DNA of 64,000 nucleotides. It comes from Octopus vulgaris (Eukaryota). Numbering within the stretch: position 1 is the first letter of the stretch; every line of letters begins with the position of its first letter. Positions 39,630-54,481 of the stretch are shown here, piece by piece. The stretch spans positions 23,808,001 through 23,872,000 of the forward strand of contig OX597822.1 in NCBI GenBank assembly GCA_951406725.2. Direction: 5' to 3'. Both the position numbers and the translations under genes were made by a program. Under the pieces are notes generated by a model. It ran no database searches. It saw only the letters and a program-made list of their open reading frames with translations, and was not told where the DNA came from.

Positions 39630-40381
39630 CAGTGTGTTTGTGTGTGTGTGTTTGTGTGTGTGTATGTGTGTGTGTTTGTGTGTGTGTTTTTGTTTGTGTA
39701 TGTGTGTGATTCTATTGTAGACAGTGGAATCAAATCCATTATAGATACTTATAGATTATTCAACCGACTCAGTTGCAGAAAACAAGACTCCGTTGTATAT
39801 GACTTAACTGACTCCATAGTAGCTATCACTACTATTTCATCTATCGTCTTCTGATGGACGGTAGATGATGTGATTTGAACTTGTAACACTAGAGAGAAAG
39901 AGACAGTCAGTTGAAATTAAATATAGCGAATCACTTTCGTCGCAGTCTCAAAAATTGCCTACCAATTCTTCGTTTCCTCTATTGGTCATTGGATATTGAT
40001 TAAATTATTAATCATTATTCGTTAAGCTTTAAGCGTTGTAAAACATCTGCTATTTTAAGATTCACAGGGGGAGCTTTGACTGGAAAATCTCATTCAAGAT
40101 AACATGGTAATTATAGGTTGGTCGATGTATTTGTCACACAGAAGAGACGATGCACACAAAACACATGATTATGTATGTGTGTGTGTATGTATGTATGTAT
40201 GTATGGATGGATGGATGGATGGATGCATGTATTTATGTAAGTATGTATGCATGCATGTATTGCAGTATAGATATGTATGCATGTACGCATACATACGTAT
40301 ATATATATACATAGATACGTATGTATGTATATACGTATGTACGCATACATGTATGTATGGATGTATATATGTATGTGTGCG

Positions 40382-40422
<41 letters not shown>

Positions 40423-40570
40423 GTATGTACGAATGTATATATGTATGTGTGCGTATGTATATATATACGTATGTACGCATGCATGTTTGTATGAATGTAT
40501 ATATGTATGTGTATGTATGCATGCATGCATGCATGTATGTATGTATGTAGTATGTATGTATGTATGTATG

Positions 40571-40601
<31 letters not shown>

Positions 40602-41085
40602 GCAACAATTGCAAAAGCGACTACAATAGAATCGAGAGCAACAACACCAACAACAGCAATTGCAACAATACTACCACCGTCACCACCACCACTACCACCA
40701 CCACCACCACCACTACCATCATCAACAACAACAATAGCAAAAACGGAAACATCAACAACGGAAATCAAAGTAACAACAACAACAACATGGACAAAAATTG
40801 TTTATGATACAAATTTGACATCCTGATTTCGACGCCATTTTGTCTTTATATATGAGTTGCTTTACGACTTGTCTACATTAGATTCTGCGATATTGTGGTG
40901 CTTCTGACAGGCTATTAAAATCTTAATTACTAGTTACTACTAATTATTAGTTCTTGGTTATTAGTAGATTCTAATTCAATTTAATCGATTTTAATATTAA
41001 AGCTGTTAACTATATCTCATATCCGAAAACAAAACCGCTCCCCGACTCTCTGAAGTTAAGGGGATTATATGGAAGTAGAATCAGT

Positions 41086-41121
<36 letters not shown>

Positions 41122-41143
41122 ACACACACACAAACACACCTAG

Positions 41144-41178
<35 letters not shown>

Positions 41179-41287
41179 CAGGTATATGTGTGTGTGTGTA
41201 TATATGTATATATATAATTTTAATAGTTTTATAGCTACAAACACATGCACACGCAATTACACACACACATACACACACAAACACAAA

Positions 41288-41321
<34 letters not shown>

Positions 41322-41990
41322 CACACATATATAGATAAGCATAGTAAAAGAATAAAATAATAAACAACACGAACAAAGACATGTGTATGAATAAAATAAT
41401 AAACAACACGAACAAAGACATGTGTGTGTGTATATGCATGTTTACACACGCTAATATATATATACGTATATATGCATACACGCAGACGCACACACACATA
41501 CACGTGTAGTAAACAGACGAAAGAATGAAGATTGTGTACTACATATCTAAGACATGTATACACATATATACACATGTGTGCGCGTATCTATATTTGCATG
41601 TGTGTATATATGTATCTACAGTTATACATACATACCTACCTACAGGCCGACCTGCCTACATACATACATACATACATACATACATACATACATACATACA
41701 TACATACATACATACATTCGCACACATGACCACATCTCCGTGCGTGAGTTTCAAGAGCGCGCTGTTGCCTGGTATGAGAAAGAATAATCGAAAGACAGAG
41801 TACACGCCTGTATATGAAATGCAATCTAATGAATTGCCTAATTAAAAGATAATGGCGCCTCCAAGATGATTTTAATATATTCAATAATAAAAATTGATAT
41901 CTCACACGACCTCCTCTTCTAGATGATGATGAAATTCTTGCCCTAGGTTTCAAGACATTTTACAATTCCTAACCATTAATCACCACTATG

Positions 41991-42091
<101 letters not shown>

Positions 42092-42757
42092 AATCAGTTT
42101 TTTCGTCTTTAAATGGCGACTAAATTATTATCTCGTTAATAAGAAACGATTCTTAAATAGTTTTATTTCGTTTATGATGACTTTAGCCAGTTTGGTTGGG
42201 CAGGGTGGAGTAGAAGAGATTTTAACCAGTATCAGCTTTATGAGGCTGAGCCCGCAATCGATTTTCGATTATTGTAACGTTTGTGGCTTTATAGTATCGC
42301 CAATGATAATTAGTAAAGATATATCACTGTTTCTATTTAGATCTTATTTTTAGAGTTGTGGTTTAGAAATCGTTTGCATGTGCGACGCACTTTTAGAGCA
42401 TATTCAAATATTCAAATATTTCGTGTAATTTGAGTTTGAGGTAAAAAGAAATATATATATATATATATACCAGAAAAGTCCATGTATAATACGCTATCGA
42501 GTATAAGGCGCATTTTGACTTTTGGGTTTAAAGTGACTTAAGACCCTTATAATACCTTGCAACACAGTGTTATACAACTGTTACAAACGTAGATAATCTG
42601 AAATAAACCTTTTCTTTCGTCTCTAATCTTTTGTAGCTAATAAACGGTAGTATTCGTCCTATATTTCTGGACGGCCATATTAGCTTGGTGATAACTATTA
42701 TTATATGGTACCGCTGCTGTTGTCTCCTTTAGGGAGACTTAGAAATATTAAAATTTC

Positions 42758-42807
<50 letters not shown>

Positions 42808-43053
42808 TTGTTTCAAATTTTTGCACAAGATACCAATTTTAAAGTGGGGTGTGTAGTCGATTACATTGACCGCAAAACCTGACTGCTACTTATTTTATCG
42901 ACCCCAAAAAGATGAAAGGCAAAGTCGACATCGGTGAGACTTGAACTGAGAATGTAAAGAGCTGGAAGAAATGCTGCGAGGAATTTATCGGGCGCGCTGA
43001 AAATTCTCCTAGTTTAACGCCTTAATAACAACTACCAGAACAACAACAACAAC

Positions 43054-43116
<63 letters not shown>

Positions 43117-45489
43117 CCTTTGTACTAGAGACACAAGGCCTCAGTTTTTCACTCGTACTTAACTTATCGGCCCTGAAAGGATGAAAGGCAAACTCGACCT
43201 CAGCGGAATTTGAACTCAGAACGTAACAACGGACGAAATACCCCTAAGCATTTCTTCCAGCATGTTAACGATTCTGCCAGCTCGTCGCCATAATAATAAT
43301 AATAACAATGATCTAAAAATGCATTATTGTATTTTTCTTACATTCGGCGGAGAAACTTTGCTGGTTTAGTTTAAATATCTTTAATCAAAACTTTTACCAA
43401 ACATAGTTTTTCATTTAATTATAAAAAGTAAAAAGCTAGTATCTCACTATGAAAATACGCATGGCTACTAAAAAATTCTAAGGTAAATTTTAAGATTTAG
43501 TAGATAATTCTGTCAAAGGCGATACCATACAAAGTTGAAATATAACCATGCCAACTTTGCACATAAGAAAAGTATGAAATACTATTTTGTAATGAACAAT
43601 TACTAAATACAAATTCAAAACTCATTTCCTATTTGCAGGAAACTCATGGATCATTGCGACATCTTAAACCCATAGACTTCCCGAATGTTTCAACCTGTGT
43701 AACTAGATATAATTGGCATCATCTTCTGAGATCCAAAAGTCTTTCTTTTAATGTTTCTTTAAACAAATATAACAGACAAGCAGCGTTCCGTTATTTCTTG
43801 TTTGCCATTAGTGACCTATACTCAAAGTATTAATTAAACAGGAAAGAAATACACTTATGGTATATACTAACTGCACGCTCTTCGTCCCTTTTGTCAACCC
43901 TTTAGCTTTTCCCAGTTTATTTATTTAAGTTTTCTTTTAATGTTTAAAACTTATTTCAATAATTTCTCTGTTGCCCTTTCATGATTCATTACTTTGTAAT
44001 TTATAAGTTTCGACCTTTTAAAAGTTATTTAAAGATACAATGGGTCATGACACGTAATGGTGGAAGGCTAGTTTGTTTGCTTCAGTTCTAGTTTTATATG
44101 AAGAAGATTACAATTCTGAAAGCAATTTTTTCAATAATTTCATATAGGCTATTTGGTTAAGAAGCTCGCTTAGCAGCCGCGTGGTTTTGAGTTCAGTCCT
44201 ACCGTGTGGCACCTTGGGCAAGTGTCTTCTACTAAAGCCCCGAGTCGACCTCGTCAGTGGATTTGGTAGATGGACTGTGTAAGCTCGTCATATGTGCGTG
44301 TGTGTGTCTCTCCCTCCATTTCTTTGTTTGGCCCGCCCCATCGATTGGCAATCTATGTTGGTTCGTCTAGGTCCTGTAACTTAGCGGTTCCGCTAAAGAA
44401 ATCGATAGAAAAAGTACCAGTCTCAAAAAATAGATACAGGAGTCGATTTATTCGAGTAAAAACCCACGAAACTGGTAACCCAGCATGGCCGCACTCCAGT
44501 GAATGAAACGTAAAAGATAAAAGACATTTTAAAAATGCGGAACGCTTTCCTTTCCCATGAGGTAGGGGGCCCCCAATTTGAAATTTTGTCCACTTTTCTT
44601 TTCCCCTAGAATACTGAACAGTTTATGTCTCGCACAAAAAAGAAGCCAGGCCTCAAATGCCTATTGTACGAAATCGTAGTTAAGCAAACATATAAATATG
44701 TCTGGCAAAATTATTCATCTTTCAACATATTACTAGTATTTGCATTGAGATAACAAATTGATAATCGATATTAAAAGGGAGAAAAACAAACGTTAGTATC
44801 AGCAATTCGCTGAAGTATCTCTTTCTACGTACGACATTTAGATTGGTTAAAGGGAGGCGGTGGTAAGGGAAATATAAACATGTACACGAAAAGGGAAGGA
44901 TACGGGCAGAAGAATACAAGAGGGGAAATAGAAAGTGTCTGTATTAAGTGTACGTGAGTGAACGTGCGTGTGTATGTGAGTTTCTCTTCTTCTCTCTGTG
45001 CTCGCCCCTCTCACTTCTCTCTTCTTCTTTCTTTCCCCGCCTTTCCCCTGTCTCTCTCTCCGACTGTTTGATTTTCTTCTTAAATTAAGCCACGAGATAA
45101 CACTTGTTGGTTACCATCGGTTTCTACAGTTTCTAGGTAAAGCCAGCGATGCTGAAGCTTCGTGAACTTGCAAATATCTCAGCGGACACCGGATCATTAC
45201 GACGCCAGGAACAAACAGACAATTCTCTATGCATTTATGTATGTATGTATGTGTGTATGTATGTGTGTATGTATGTATGTATGTGTATGCATGTATGTAT
45301 CCATTTATGTATGCATATGTGTGTATGTATGTGTGTATGTATGTATGTGTGTATGTATGTGTGTATGTATATATGTATCAATCTAACTGTCTCGTTCCCT
45401 CTAGTTAGCTATGTTTCCATCTGTCTTTCTATCTCTCTCTCCCTCTATATGTCTATTTACCTATTTACCTATCTATTTATCTATCTATC

Positions 45490-45862
45490 GTGGAGGCGCA
45501 ATGGCCCAGTGGTTAGGGCAGCGGATTCGAGGTCGTAGAATCGCGGTTTCGATTCCCAGACTGAGTGTTGTGAGTGTTTATTGAGCGAAAACATCTAAAG
45601 CTCCACAAGGCTCCGGTAAGGGGTGATGCTGTACTCTTTCACTACCATTTTCTCTCACTCTTTCTTCCTGTTTCTAATGTACTTGTATTTCAAAGGTCCA
45701 GCCTTGTCACACTCTTTGTCACACTGAATCTCCCCGAGAACTACGTTAAGGGTACACGTGTCTGTGGAATACTCAGCCATTTGCACGTTAATTTCACGAA
45801 TAAGCTGTTCCGTTGATCGGATCAACTGGAACCATCGTGGTCGTAACCGACGGAGTGCCAGG
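45490..45862 (+). mobile_element. tRNA-derived SINE (family C)
   Basis: GGAGGCGCAATGGCCCAGTGGTTAGGG..GTTTCGATTCCC head. Confidence 0.85.
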
Positions 45863-45916
45863 TGGTATCTATCTATCTATTTGTCTGTCTGTCTGTCTGT
45901 CATGGTTGTTATTATC

Positions 45917-45967
<51 letters not shown>

Positions 45968-47967
45968 TGGAGGAGGAGGAGGAGGAGGAAATGAGTTTTG
46001 GTATATTAGTATTCAGAGTAGAACGGTAAAGAGAAAAAAAAAACAGAAACTCGTGATTACGTTTCTTGATTATTAAACCTATGTTTAGTTACAGCGGTGA
46101 TTTCTTGTTAAGTTTTAAATGGCTTGGTGATGTTTTAATAAGGATTAAGCGAGGGCCAGGAACTGGTAGCATAGTGTTGAGTACACGATGATAACTGATG
46201 AAAAAAATCTGAGATGCTCGCCTGACATATCTGCTACTGATGATACTCAAATACGCAGAAATCTAGATTTACTAATTACATTGCCGCTGTTGGTCACTTT
46301 TCGTCCGCTGTTGTTATTCTTCTGCGCATTTTATCACTATATGTCTCAACGAAATGCTTTCTCGAGATAAATACTGCAGTTGTGTGGTTTTCTACAGTAT
46401 ATCTACGTTAAGTAAGATATACAAAATGCAATTAGGTAGTTATTCTGTAAAGTTACACAAATGTCACACAGTTGTTATCAGGTGCAGGGGTGGCTGTGTG
46501 GTAAGAATAAGGCGGCGAGCGGGTAGAAACGTTAGCACGCCGAGCGAAATGCTTAGCGGTATTTCGTCTGCCGTTACGTTCTGAGTTCAAATTCCACCGA
46601 GGTTGACTTTACCTTTCATCCTTTCGGGGTCGATTAAATAAGTACCAGTTACACACTGGGGTCGATATAATTGACTTAATCCGTTTGTCTGTCCTTGTTT
46701 GTCCCCTCTGTGAGTAGCCCCTTGTGGTCAGTAAAGAAATAAGAAGTTTACATCCCAACCACACAATTCCGGGTTCAGTCCCACTATTTAGATCCTTGGG
46801 TAAGTGTCTTCTATTATACCTTGATCCTATCAAAACCTTGTAAGTGGATTTGGTAGACAGAAACTGAAAGAAACTCCTCGCGCATGCATACATACATATA
46901 TCTATCTATATCTATGTCTGTTTGTCTGTCTGCTTGTCTGTCTGTCTGTCTCTCTGTATGTATGTATGTATGTATGTATGTATGTATGTATGTATGTATG
47001 TATGTATGTATGTATGTATGTATGTATGTGTATGTGTGTTTCTTTGTGTCTGTGTTTGTCCACCACTATCGCTTGATAACTGGTGTTGATGTGTTTACGC
47101 GCCCGTAACTTAGCGGTCGGCGAAAGAGACCGATAGAATAAGCACCAGATTGAAAACAATAATAAGTACTGGACTAAAACTCTTCGCTAGACTAAAACTC
47201 TTCAGGGCGGTACTCCAGCTTGGCCGCAGCCTAATGACAAAAACCGGTAAAAGACAACAGATTCAAGTTTTCTACAAATGCCGATAAAAGTTGTAGACAG
47301 TGAGGTTACTCTATCAACTAACGACTAAAAAAAACGCTAACGAAGGAAATATTGAACAAAATAACATAATCTGTGTCAGATGTTATCACCGTTCTTCGGT
47401 ATTACATAAGTTTATTTATTAGAACACTATTGTAATAAAGGATGTATACAACATCCTTTATAATTGTACTATAATTTATAAAGGATGTTGTAAAAAATAT
47501 ACACTCGAGAGGAAATTCCTTAAATATGTAAATAAAATACGTGATTAAATCACATAGATTATAAGACTGATACGGAATGGCGGAAACAGGTGCTGTATTT
47601 GTATTTATATTGCCCAGTTTCTATCGCAAATTCACCTTTTGTTTTGTTGACTGGGTTGATCATTAAAATGGACGAAAGTTAACGTTGATAATCTTTCTTT
47701 TATTTTGGTTACTATTTTCCGCGTCTTGGTTCATTGTATCCTGTCTAACGATCTAAAAATCTGACCACCAGATTCACATTCTTTTATTTATATGGAAGGA
47801 AATTGTCTATTAGTCACAAGTTGATCCAACCGCAGCAGAGAACTGGTATTCCTTAATCGACACTCAAAAAACTGAAAGACTAAGGCGACCTCGGTGGAAT
47901 TCGAACTCAGAGTGCAAAATCTGGAACCAATCAGTCAGACGTTCTAACGATTTTGCAATACTGTCTG

Positions 47968-48178
47968 CGAGGGGTGCTGAACAGTTTCTGGCTTTGGGTA
48001 AAAGAAAATACAGTAGTATCAGTTAATTATGTTTTGTTTTCAACATATTCCCCTCTCAGATTCACACACTTACTGCAGCAGTCACTCAGTTTTTCTAAGC
48101 TCGGTGAAAAATCTAGGAAGGGTGGGTCTCCAGCCAGGCCATTCGCGATACCCTTAAATCCAGGAACTTTTCAGCACA
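47968..48178. mobile_element. mariner-type MITE (same family as 29961)
   Basis: CGAGGGGTGCTGAACAGTTTCTGG...CCAGGAACTTTTCAGCAC; internal similarity to 29961-30167. Confidence 0.7.
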
Positions 48179-48644
48179 TAGTTACACAGGGCAGTTGCGG
48201 GATTGGATTGAGCTAGGGCTCACAGGTTAAGAAACCTAATGCTAATCTACCTACTCTCTGACTTATAGTCCATAGATAATAATATAAGCTCCATTACACT
48301 GCTTCGTTTTGGGGTGGGGTGGGGGTACAATGGCGTTAATACCCCAGTGTTGGGGTAAAATAGCACCGAAAATAGTTGCAGTCATCTAAACAAGAGTAAG
48401 TGTATTTCAAATAACTTTACCTTAAAGGTACCGACCCAGCAGTTCAGTCTAAGACAATGCCTCTCAATGTAAGCAAAACCATACCCTAATGGACGGTAGA
48501 AATTGTTTAATGGTTACAGGGGTAGATGAAAGAGGTAAGACAGATGCATATTTTAATTGCCCTAATTATCAAAAATATTTTCAATTTTTTGTTATTCTGT
48601 CTGTGGCTCAAGGTAAGCGAGCTGGCAGAATATCGATAGAATGA

Positions 48645-49128
48645 AGGCGGCGAGCTGGCAGAAACGTTAGCACGCCAGGCGAAGTGCTTATCGGCATTTC
48701 GTCTGCCGCTACGTTCCGAGTTCAAATTCCGCCGAGGTCGACTTTGCCTTTCATCCTTTCGGGGTTGATAAATAAAGTACCGATTATGCACTGGGGTCGA
48801 TGTAATCGACTTAATCCCTTTGTCTGTCCTTGTTTGTCCTCTTTGTGTTTAGCCCCTTGTGGGTAGTAAAGAAATAGGTATTTCGTCTGCCGTTACGTTC
48901 TGAGTTCAAATTCCGCCGAGGTCAACTTTGCCTTTCATCCTTTCGGGGTCGTTTAAATAAGTACCAGTTACGCACTGGGGTCGATATAATCGACTTAATC
49001 CGTATATCTGTCCTTGTTTGTCCCCTCTGTGTTTAGCCCCTTGTGGGTAGTAAAGAAATAGAAATAGGTATTTCGTCTGCCGCTACGTTCTGAGTTCAAA
49101 TTCCGCCGAGGTCAACTTTGCCTTTCAT
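48645..49128 (+). mobile_element. Head-to-tail trimer of SINE family B
   Basis: One full copy, then two units restarting at GGTATTTCGTCTGCCG (~48877, ~49066). Confidence 0.88.
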
Positions 49129-49700
49129 CTTTACCATAGAGTTTGTGGTCATCCATGAATAACAAATGATTGATATTTTGTTGGCGGCTTTTGAATACAT
49201 ACCCAGCCTTTGCTTTCCTCAGAATCAGTGTTAGTGATATCAAGCATAGTACAAAGATCAGTGGGGACAGGCAGTCCCCTTGGAAGATGACCCTCTTGAT
49301 TTCTATTGTCCCTAAACTTCTTCCATATGCTGTCAGTTCCGTCTTCCACTTCACCACACTTTTCCAAGCAATCGCTCAACATTCGATGCGACACTAAATA
49401 GGTTCATACACTCCATAATCCAAGAATGTGGGATCATATCGTACGCCTTACACCAGCCGATCCATGGCATGGCTAAGTTACTTTTCCTCTTCTTGCAATC
49501 TCTAAGTACAGGTTTGTTTATCGGGAGTTGATTCTTGGTACCTCTGCACTTACACTTGCAACCCTTCTGCTCATATAGCAGGACTCCATTATTTTCCAGA
49601 TGTTCGTACATTGACTCTATGAGTATTCCAGTCAATAATTTCTTTCACTTCGCTAACTGAAGTGACCAGTTCTGCCTGTTTTGGACAGACTACTGCTTGT
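49115..49700 (-). pseudogene. R4/Dong-type reverse transcriptase fragment
   Basis: [33 protein letters not shown] / KRVIFQGDCLSPLIF..INHLLFMDDHKLYGK. One frameshift; adjacent to a (TAA)n tract. Confidence 0.9.
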
Positions 49701-49701
49701 T

Positions 49702-49702
<1 letters not shown>

Positions 49703-49780
<78 letters not shown>

Positions 49781-49859
49781 GTAATAATAATAATAATAAT
49801 AATTATTATTATTATTATTATTATTATCATCATTATTATTATTATTATTATTATTATCA

Positions 49860-49926
<67 letters not shown>

Positions 49927-49935
49927 CATCATCAT
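49703..49935. repeat. (AAT)n switching to (ATT)n: palindromic trinucleotide tract
   Basis: Polarity switch at ~49801. Confidence 0.95.
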
Positions 49936-50392
49936 TGAGTGAGGGAGCAGTGCATGCCATCAAAATGACACTGGGGTAAAATATACGAAGCCCAGTATAC
50001 CCATCATGACTACATGTCTGATAAGGGCACACCAGACACATGCATCACATGTGCGCGACATGGTGATCTCATATCAAGATAAACAGCGCATGACCTTGCA
50101 GTAGAGGCCCAATTAGAATTTTCTTTAGGGTAGGTAACCCATCACCTTTAAAAGGTCTCTGAATAAGGTTTGTTCAAGGATGATGAGCGATACGTCCATT
50201 TTTCCAGAGGTGAATAATTCAAACCTCAAAGAATTCATCTCAACACATGGCTATGACAATCCCCCACTAATTCTGCTCGTGATCAGAGATACACTTATCG
50301 TCAGCCACCAAGGGACATGTTCAACTGGTTATGGTCTAACAACTAACAAGCAAATCTGTGGTATTGAGCAGAATATCTGCTGTAGCCCATTA
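49932..50392 (-). mobile_element. Unclassified interspersed element ending in (TAA)n, possibly a Dong-type 3' UTR or Dong-mobilised SINE
   Basis: Non-coding block between (ATT)n tracts; its minus-strand end runs into (TGA/TAA)n. Confidence 0.35.
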
Positions 50393-50431
50393 TTATTGTT
50401 GCTGTTGCTACTGTGCTGTTGAGCGCTGTTG

Positions 50432-50797
50432 AGCGAACGGTCTTCGTCCCAGAGCTCGCAAGATTGGAGAAGTCCGAAACGTATTCCTTTGCTATTCGTA
50501 AGACCCGCCGAAGAGAAACCAGGTCACCCCCTGACACCGAGAGCATCGACGGATGGATGAATGCGTGTCCAGGCTCAGCGGTTGCGTAGGAAGTCGGGGA
50601 CAAGAAACAGGAAGAAAGGGTGAGAGAAAGTTGGAGCGAAAGAGTACAACAGGGGTCGTCACCACCCCCTGCTGGAGCCTCGTGGAGCTTTAAGAGTTTT
50701 CGCTCAATAAACACACACAACGCCCGGTCTGGGAATCGAAACTGCGATCCTCCGACCGCGAGTCCGCTGACCTAACCACTGGGCCATTGCGTTTCCA
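50432..50797 (-). mobile_element. tRNA-derived SINE (family C head, different tail)
   Basis: Reverse complement of the 45490 head, with a distinct 3' part. Confidence 0.8.
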
Positions 50798-50803
50798 CTG
50801 TTG

Positions 50804-50851
<48 letters not shown>

Positions 50852-51231
50852 TTGTTGTTGTTGAGGATGATGATGTTTTGGACCAGATCTAAATAAACAT
50901 CCTGAATGATGTTCCGTTCCTTTACAAACTGAATCGCCCTCGCACGTCGTAAATATAATGGTTAGTAATTGCTAGAAAGACACCAACGCCTACATACTTG
51001 AACTGTTTTTCCACAGCGAAATCGAGATGTCTTTAGACAATCAGTCAGACAGTCAAGCAGCCAGACAGACAAACATGTAGGCGTGCAGTAAGGGAGGAAG
51101 AGAGAAGCATGAAGAGATGGGTAAATTGGTAGGTGAATACGTGAAGCTGTAAAAATCATTTTCTATTTCGATATTTATATTTTCTCGCTTTTGAGAACGT
51201 GTATTATGAATACAGAAGTAATGAGAAAATA

Positions 51232-51283
<52 letters not shown>

Positions 51284-51291
51284 TATATGTA

Positions 51292-51700
51292 TCTCTTATT
51301 ATAAAAGGCAGATTTTATCTGCCTCCCTTTGGGAGTTATACAAATCTACAATATAGGATTTCTTCAATTACAATTTACCTAGCAGTTTTAAGAGTACAAT
51401 GCATCGCGTCATGCCAGGTCCAGTTTTTAAAATTTAAACTCCAATTAAGCAAAATTTACAGAAAACTCACATTCTGGTGTGTGTGTCAAATGCTTTTCTT
51501 AGTCTGGTTTACACCACACGCAAACGCACACACACAGTGTGCTACGAATAAAGTGAAACTAATTCAGTGTGTTGACAAGTAGACAATAGAATGCGATGAC
51601 GACTATGACGCTGATAGATACATGAGTAAAATGTATGGGAAGCTAACACATAAGAGTGAGTGAAAATGTTCTTGGAAGAGAGTAAATAGCCAGAGAGTAA
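51292..51700 (+). mobile_element. Probable Helitron 5' fragment
   Basis: A|TCTCTTATTATAAAAGGCAG start after (TA)n; no 3' hairpin or CTRR found. Confidence 0.4.
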
Positions 51701-51834
51701 TAAAGTAAACATACACTCATACATACATACATACATACATACATACATACATACACACACATACACACACACATACATACATACACACACATACATACAC
51801 ACATACATACATACATATACATACATACATACAT

Positions 51835-51882
<48 letters not shown>

Positions 51883-52097
51883 GAAGCTTGAGAACAATCA
51901 GATACATCTGCAACACATCTGTTGAAAATATTATTGTTCACACACATACATATACATATATACATACAGAGAGACAGACAGATAGACACACACACACACA
52001 CACATGATCCAGCATGGCCACAACCTCAAGGCTGAAACGTATAAAACAATAACAGAATATAAATGTGTGCATGTGTGTGAGAGAGAGAGTGTGTGTG

Positions 52098-52129
<32 letters not shown>

Positions 52130-52142
52130 TATATATATATAT

Positions 52143-52731
52143 AATAATGCGGTTTTTTCAACAGCTTGAACTAAATGTCAGAGGGGAATGGGATAAACTA
52201 CTTATATTAACTTGCTATAAAAGCAGGTAGTAATTTTATCTTGTCCTTATTCATAGTGCAAGTTTTGAAGAGTGCATTTCGATTTTAACAGCTATTTTTT
52301 TCAAAGCTATATTGGAAGTAACAAAGGAGCATATTTGGCATATTTTGCTTTATGAGTTCAATAAAGACAACAACGCAACGGAAAGTACAAGAAATATTAA
52401 TGCAGTATATGGGGATTGGACAATAAGCGTAAGGCAGTGTCAATGGTGGTTCCAGAAATTCTGAGCCATAAACTACAGCCTAGAAGACGAGCCTCATCCT
52501 GAAAGATCTGTAGAACTCGACAAGGACATCCTGAAAACCCTGGTGGAACAAAATCTCATCGTAACTGTTGAGGAACTAGCAGAGAAGCTTGGATTTGGTC
52601 ATTCAACCATTCATTGAGACCTGTGTGCTATCGGAAAAGTCAGCAAATTGGGTCAATGGGTTCCTCACGAACTTTCCGAGTCTAATTGCATGCAGAGAGT
52701 GAACGTATGCTTTTCTTTGCTGTCACATCTC
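52143..52731 (+). pseudogene. mariner transposon 5' part with decayed transposase
   Basis: From ~52312: EHIWHILLYEFNKDNNATESTRNINAVYG..CQWWFQKF*..SLEDEP..TVEELAEKLG..IGKVSKLGQWVPHELSE. Confidence 0.92.
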
Positions 52732-52752
52732 ACCACTACTGCGCTATGTATA

Positions 52753-53389
52753 TCTATATATATAAAACTGTAGTTGTGTGAGTGTCTGTCCCCTTCGATT
52801 TAGATTCCTAACTACTCCCACATTTTGCGGTGCAGTTTAACCAAATTCGGGTAGCTTATAGTCGTGATTCATATCGAGCCCGTCTGACTATTAGCGCGCG
52901 TCTACGATGAGTCTACGATTTTAAAAATAATTTAACATCATTTTTTATTCCATTTTAATGCATAATTTTTCGTGTGTCGATGGCGGCGGAGTTGGCGTCC
53001 ACGCTCACACCTGCACCTGTGGGGAAGGGAGTGTAAGGAAATCAACGTCGTAATGCGTTGTCAAGGAGACCAGCGTTCTTTTAGAACAACGACTTCATGG
53101 CTTGAAGACACCAAAATAGAAATGGCTAAGAAAGCGTCTACATGAGTCTACGATTTAAAAAAAAATTTACCATCGTTTTTTTTCCATTTTAATGCATTTT
53201 TTCGCTATTATATAAGGGAAGTAACTCTCTAAAAATGTCTACGATGAGTCAACGATTTAAAAAAAAATTTACCATCATATTTTTTCCATTTTTAATGCAT
53301 TTTTTGCTATTTTTTGGCTATAACTCTCTAAAAATGCTTATATAGTTATTTCCCTTACAAACCCGAGCAACGCCGGGCGATACTGCTAG
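52753..53389 (+). mobile_element. Non-autonomous Helitron, both termini present
   Basis: A|TCTATATATATAAAA 5' end. 3' hairpin CCCGAGCAACGCCGGG then CTAG|T. Three internal repeats starting GTCTACGA/GAGTCTACGATTT (~52900, 53137, 53238). Confidence 0.88.
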
Positions 53390-53537
53390 TATATATATAT
53401 ATTTATGTGTGTCTATCTATTACATATATATATGTGTGTGTGTGTATATATGTATATATATATGTGTATATCTATGTATATACGTATATATATACACGTA
53501 TATATATATATAAATACATACCTATATGTCTCAATAA

Positions 53538-53624
<87 letters not shown>

Positions 53625-53637
53625 TCATACACACACT

Positions 53638-53689
<52 letters not shown>

Positions 53690-53744
53690 GGGAGATAGAG
53701 ACGGAGACAGAGAGGAGGGAGGGAGAGATAGAGAGACTGACAGA

Positions 53745-54071
<327 letters not shown>

Positions 54072-54239
54072 GGGTAGGTAGGTAGGTAAACAGATAGACT
54101 GCCAGATAGACAGAGAAACGGAAAGTATATTGAATCGGCAAACATGTAAGCAAAGTAATTAAAAACCTGTAGCTTCGAAATACAATAGACTGAATGGATG
54201 GAAAAACGTACACTGGCAAAATTCCTAGAAACCTATGTG

Positions 54240-54324
<85 letters not shown>

Positions 54325-54339
54325 ATATATATACATATT

Positions 54340-54378
<39 letters not shown>

Positions 54379-54400
54379 TCATATGTATATATATATATAT

Positions 54401-54481
<81 letters not shown>

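Noticed and set aside
47433-47495. Small overlapping palindromes TACAACATCCTTTATAA/TTATAAAGGATGTTGTA
   Set aside because: Real but short and AT-rich, with no assignable element or flanking signature.
47556-47602. Hammerhead-like CTGATAC..GAAACAGGTGCTGTA
   Set aside because: Core lacks the conserved GA (G8/A9) and has no credible stem II.
50290-50390. Possible HDV-like ribozyme at the start of the TAA-flanked element (GGCTAC/GTGGCT)
   Set aside because: Could not place P1.1, P2, P3 or the catalytic J4/2.
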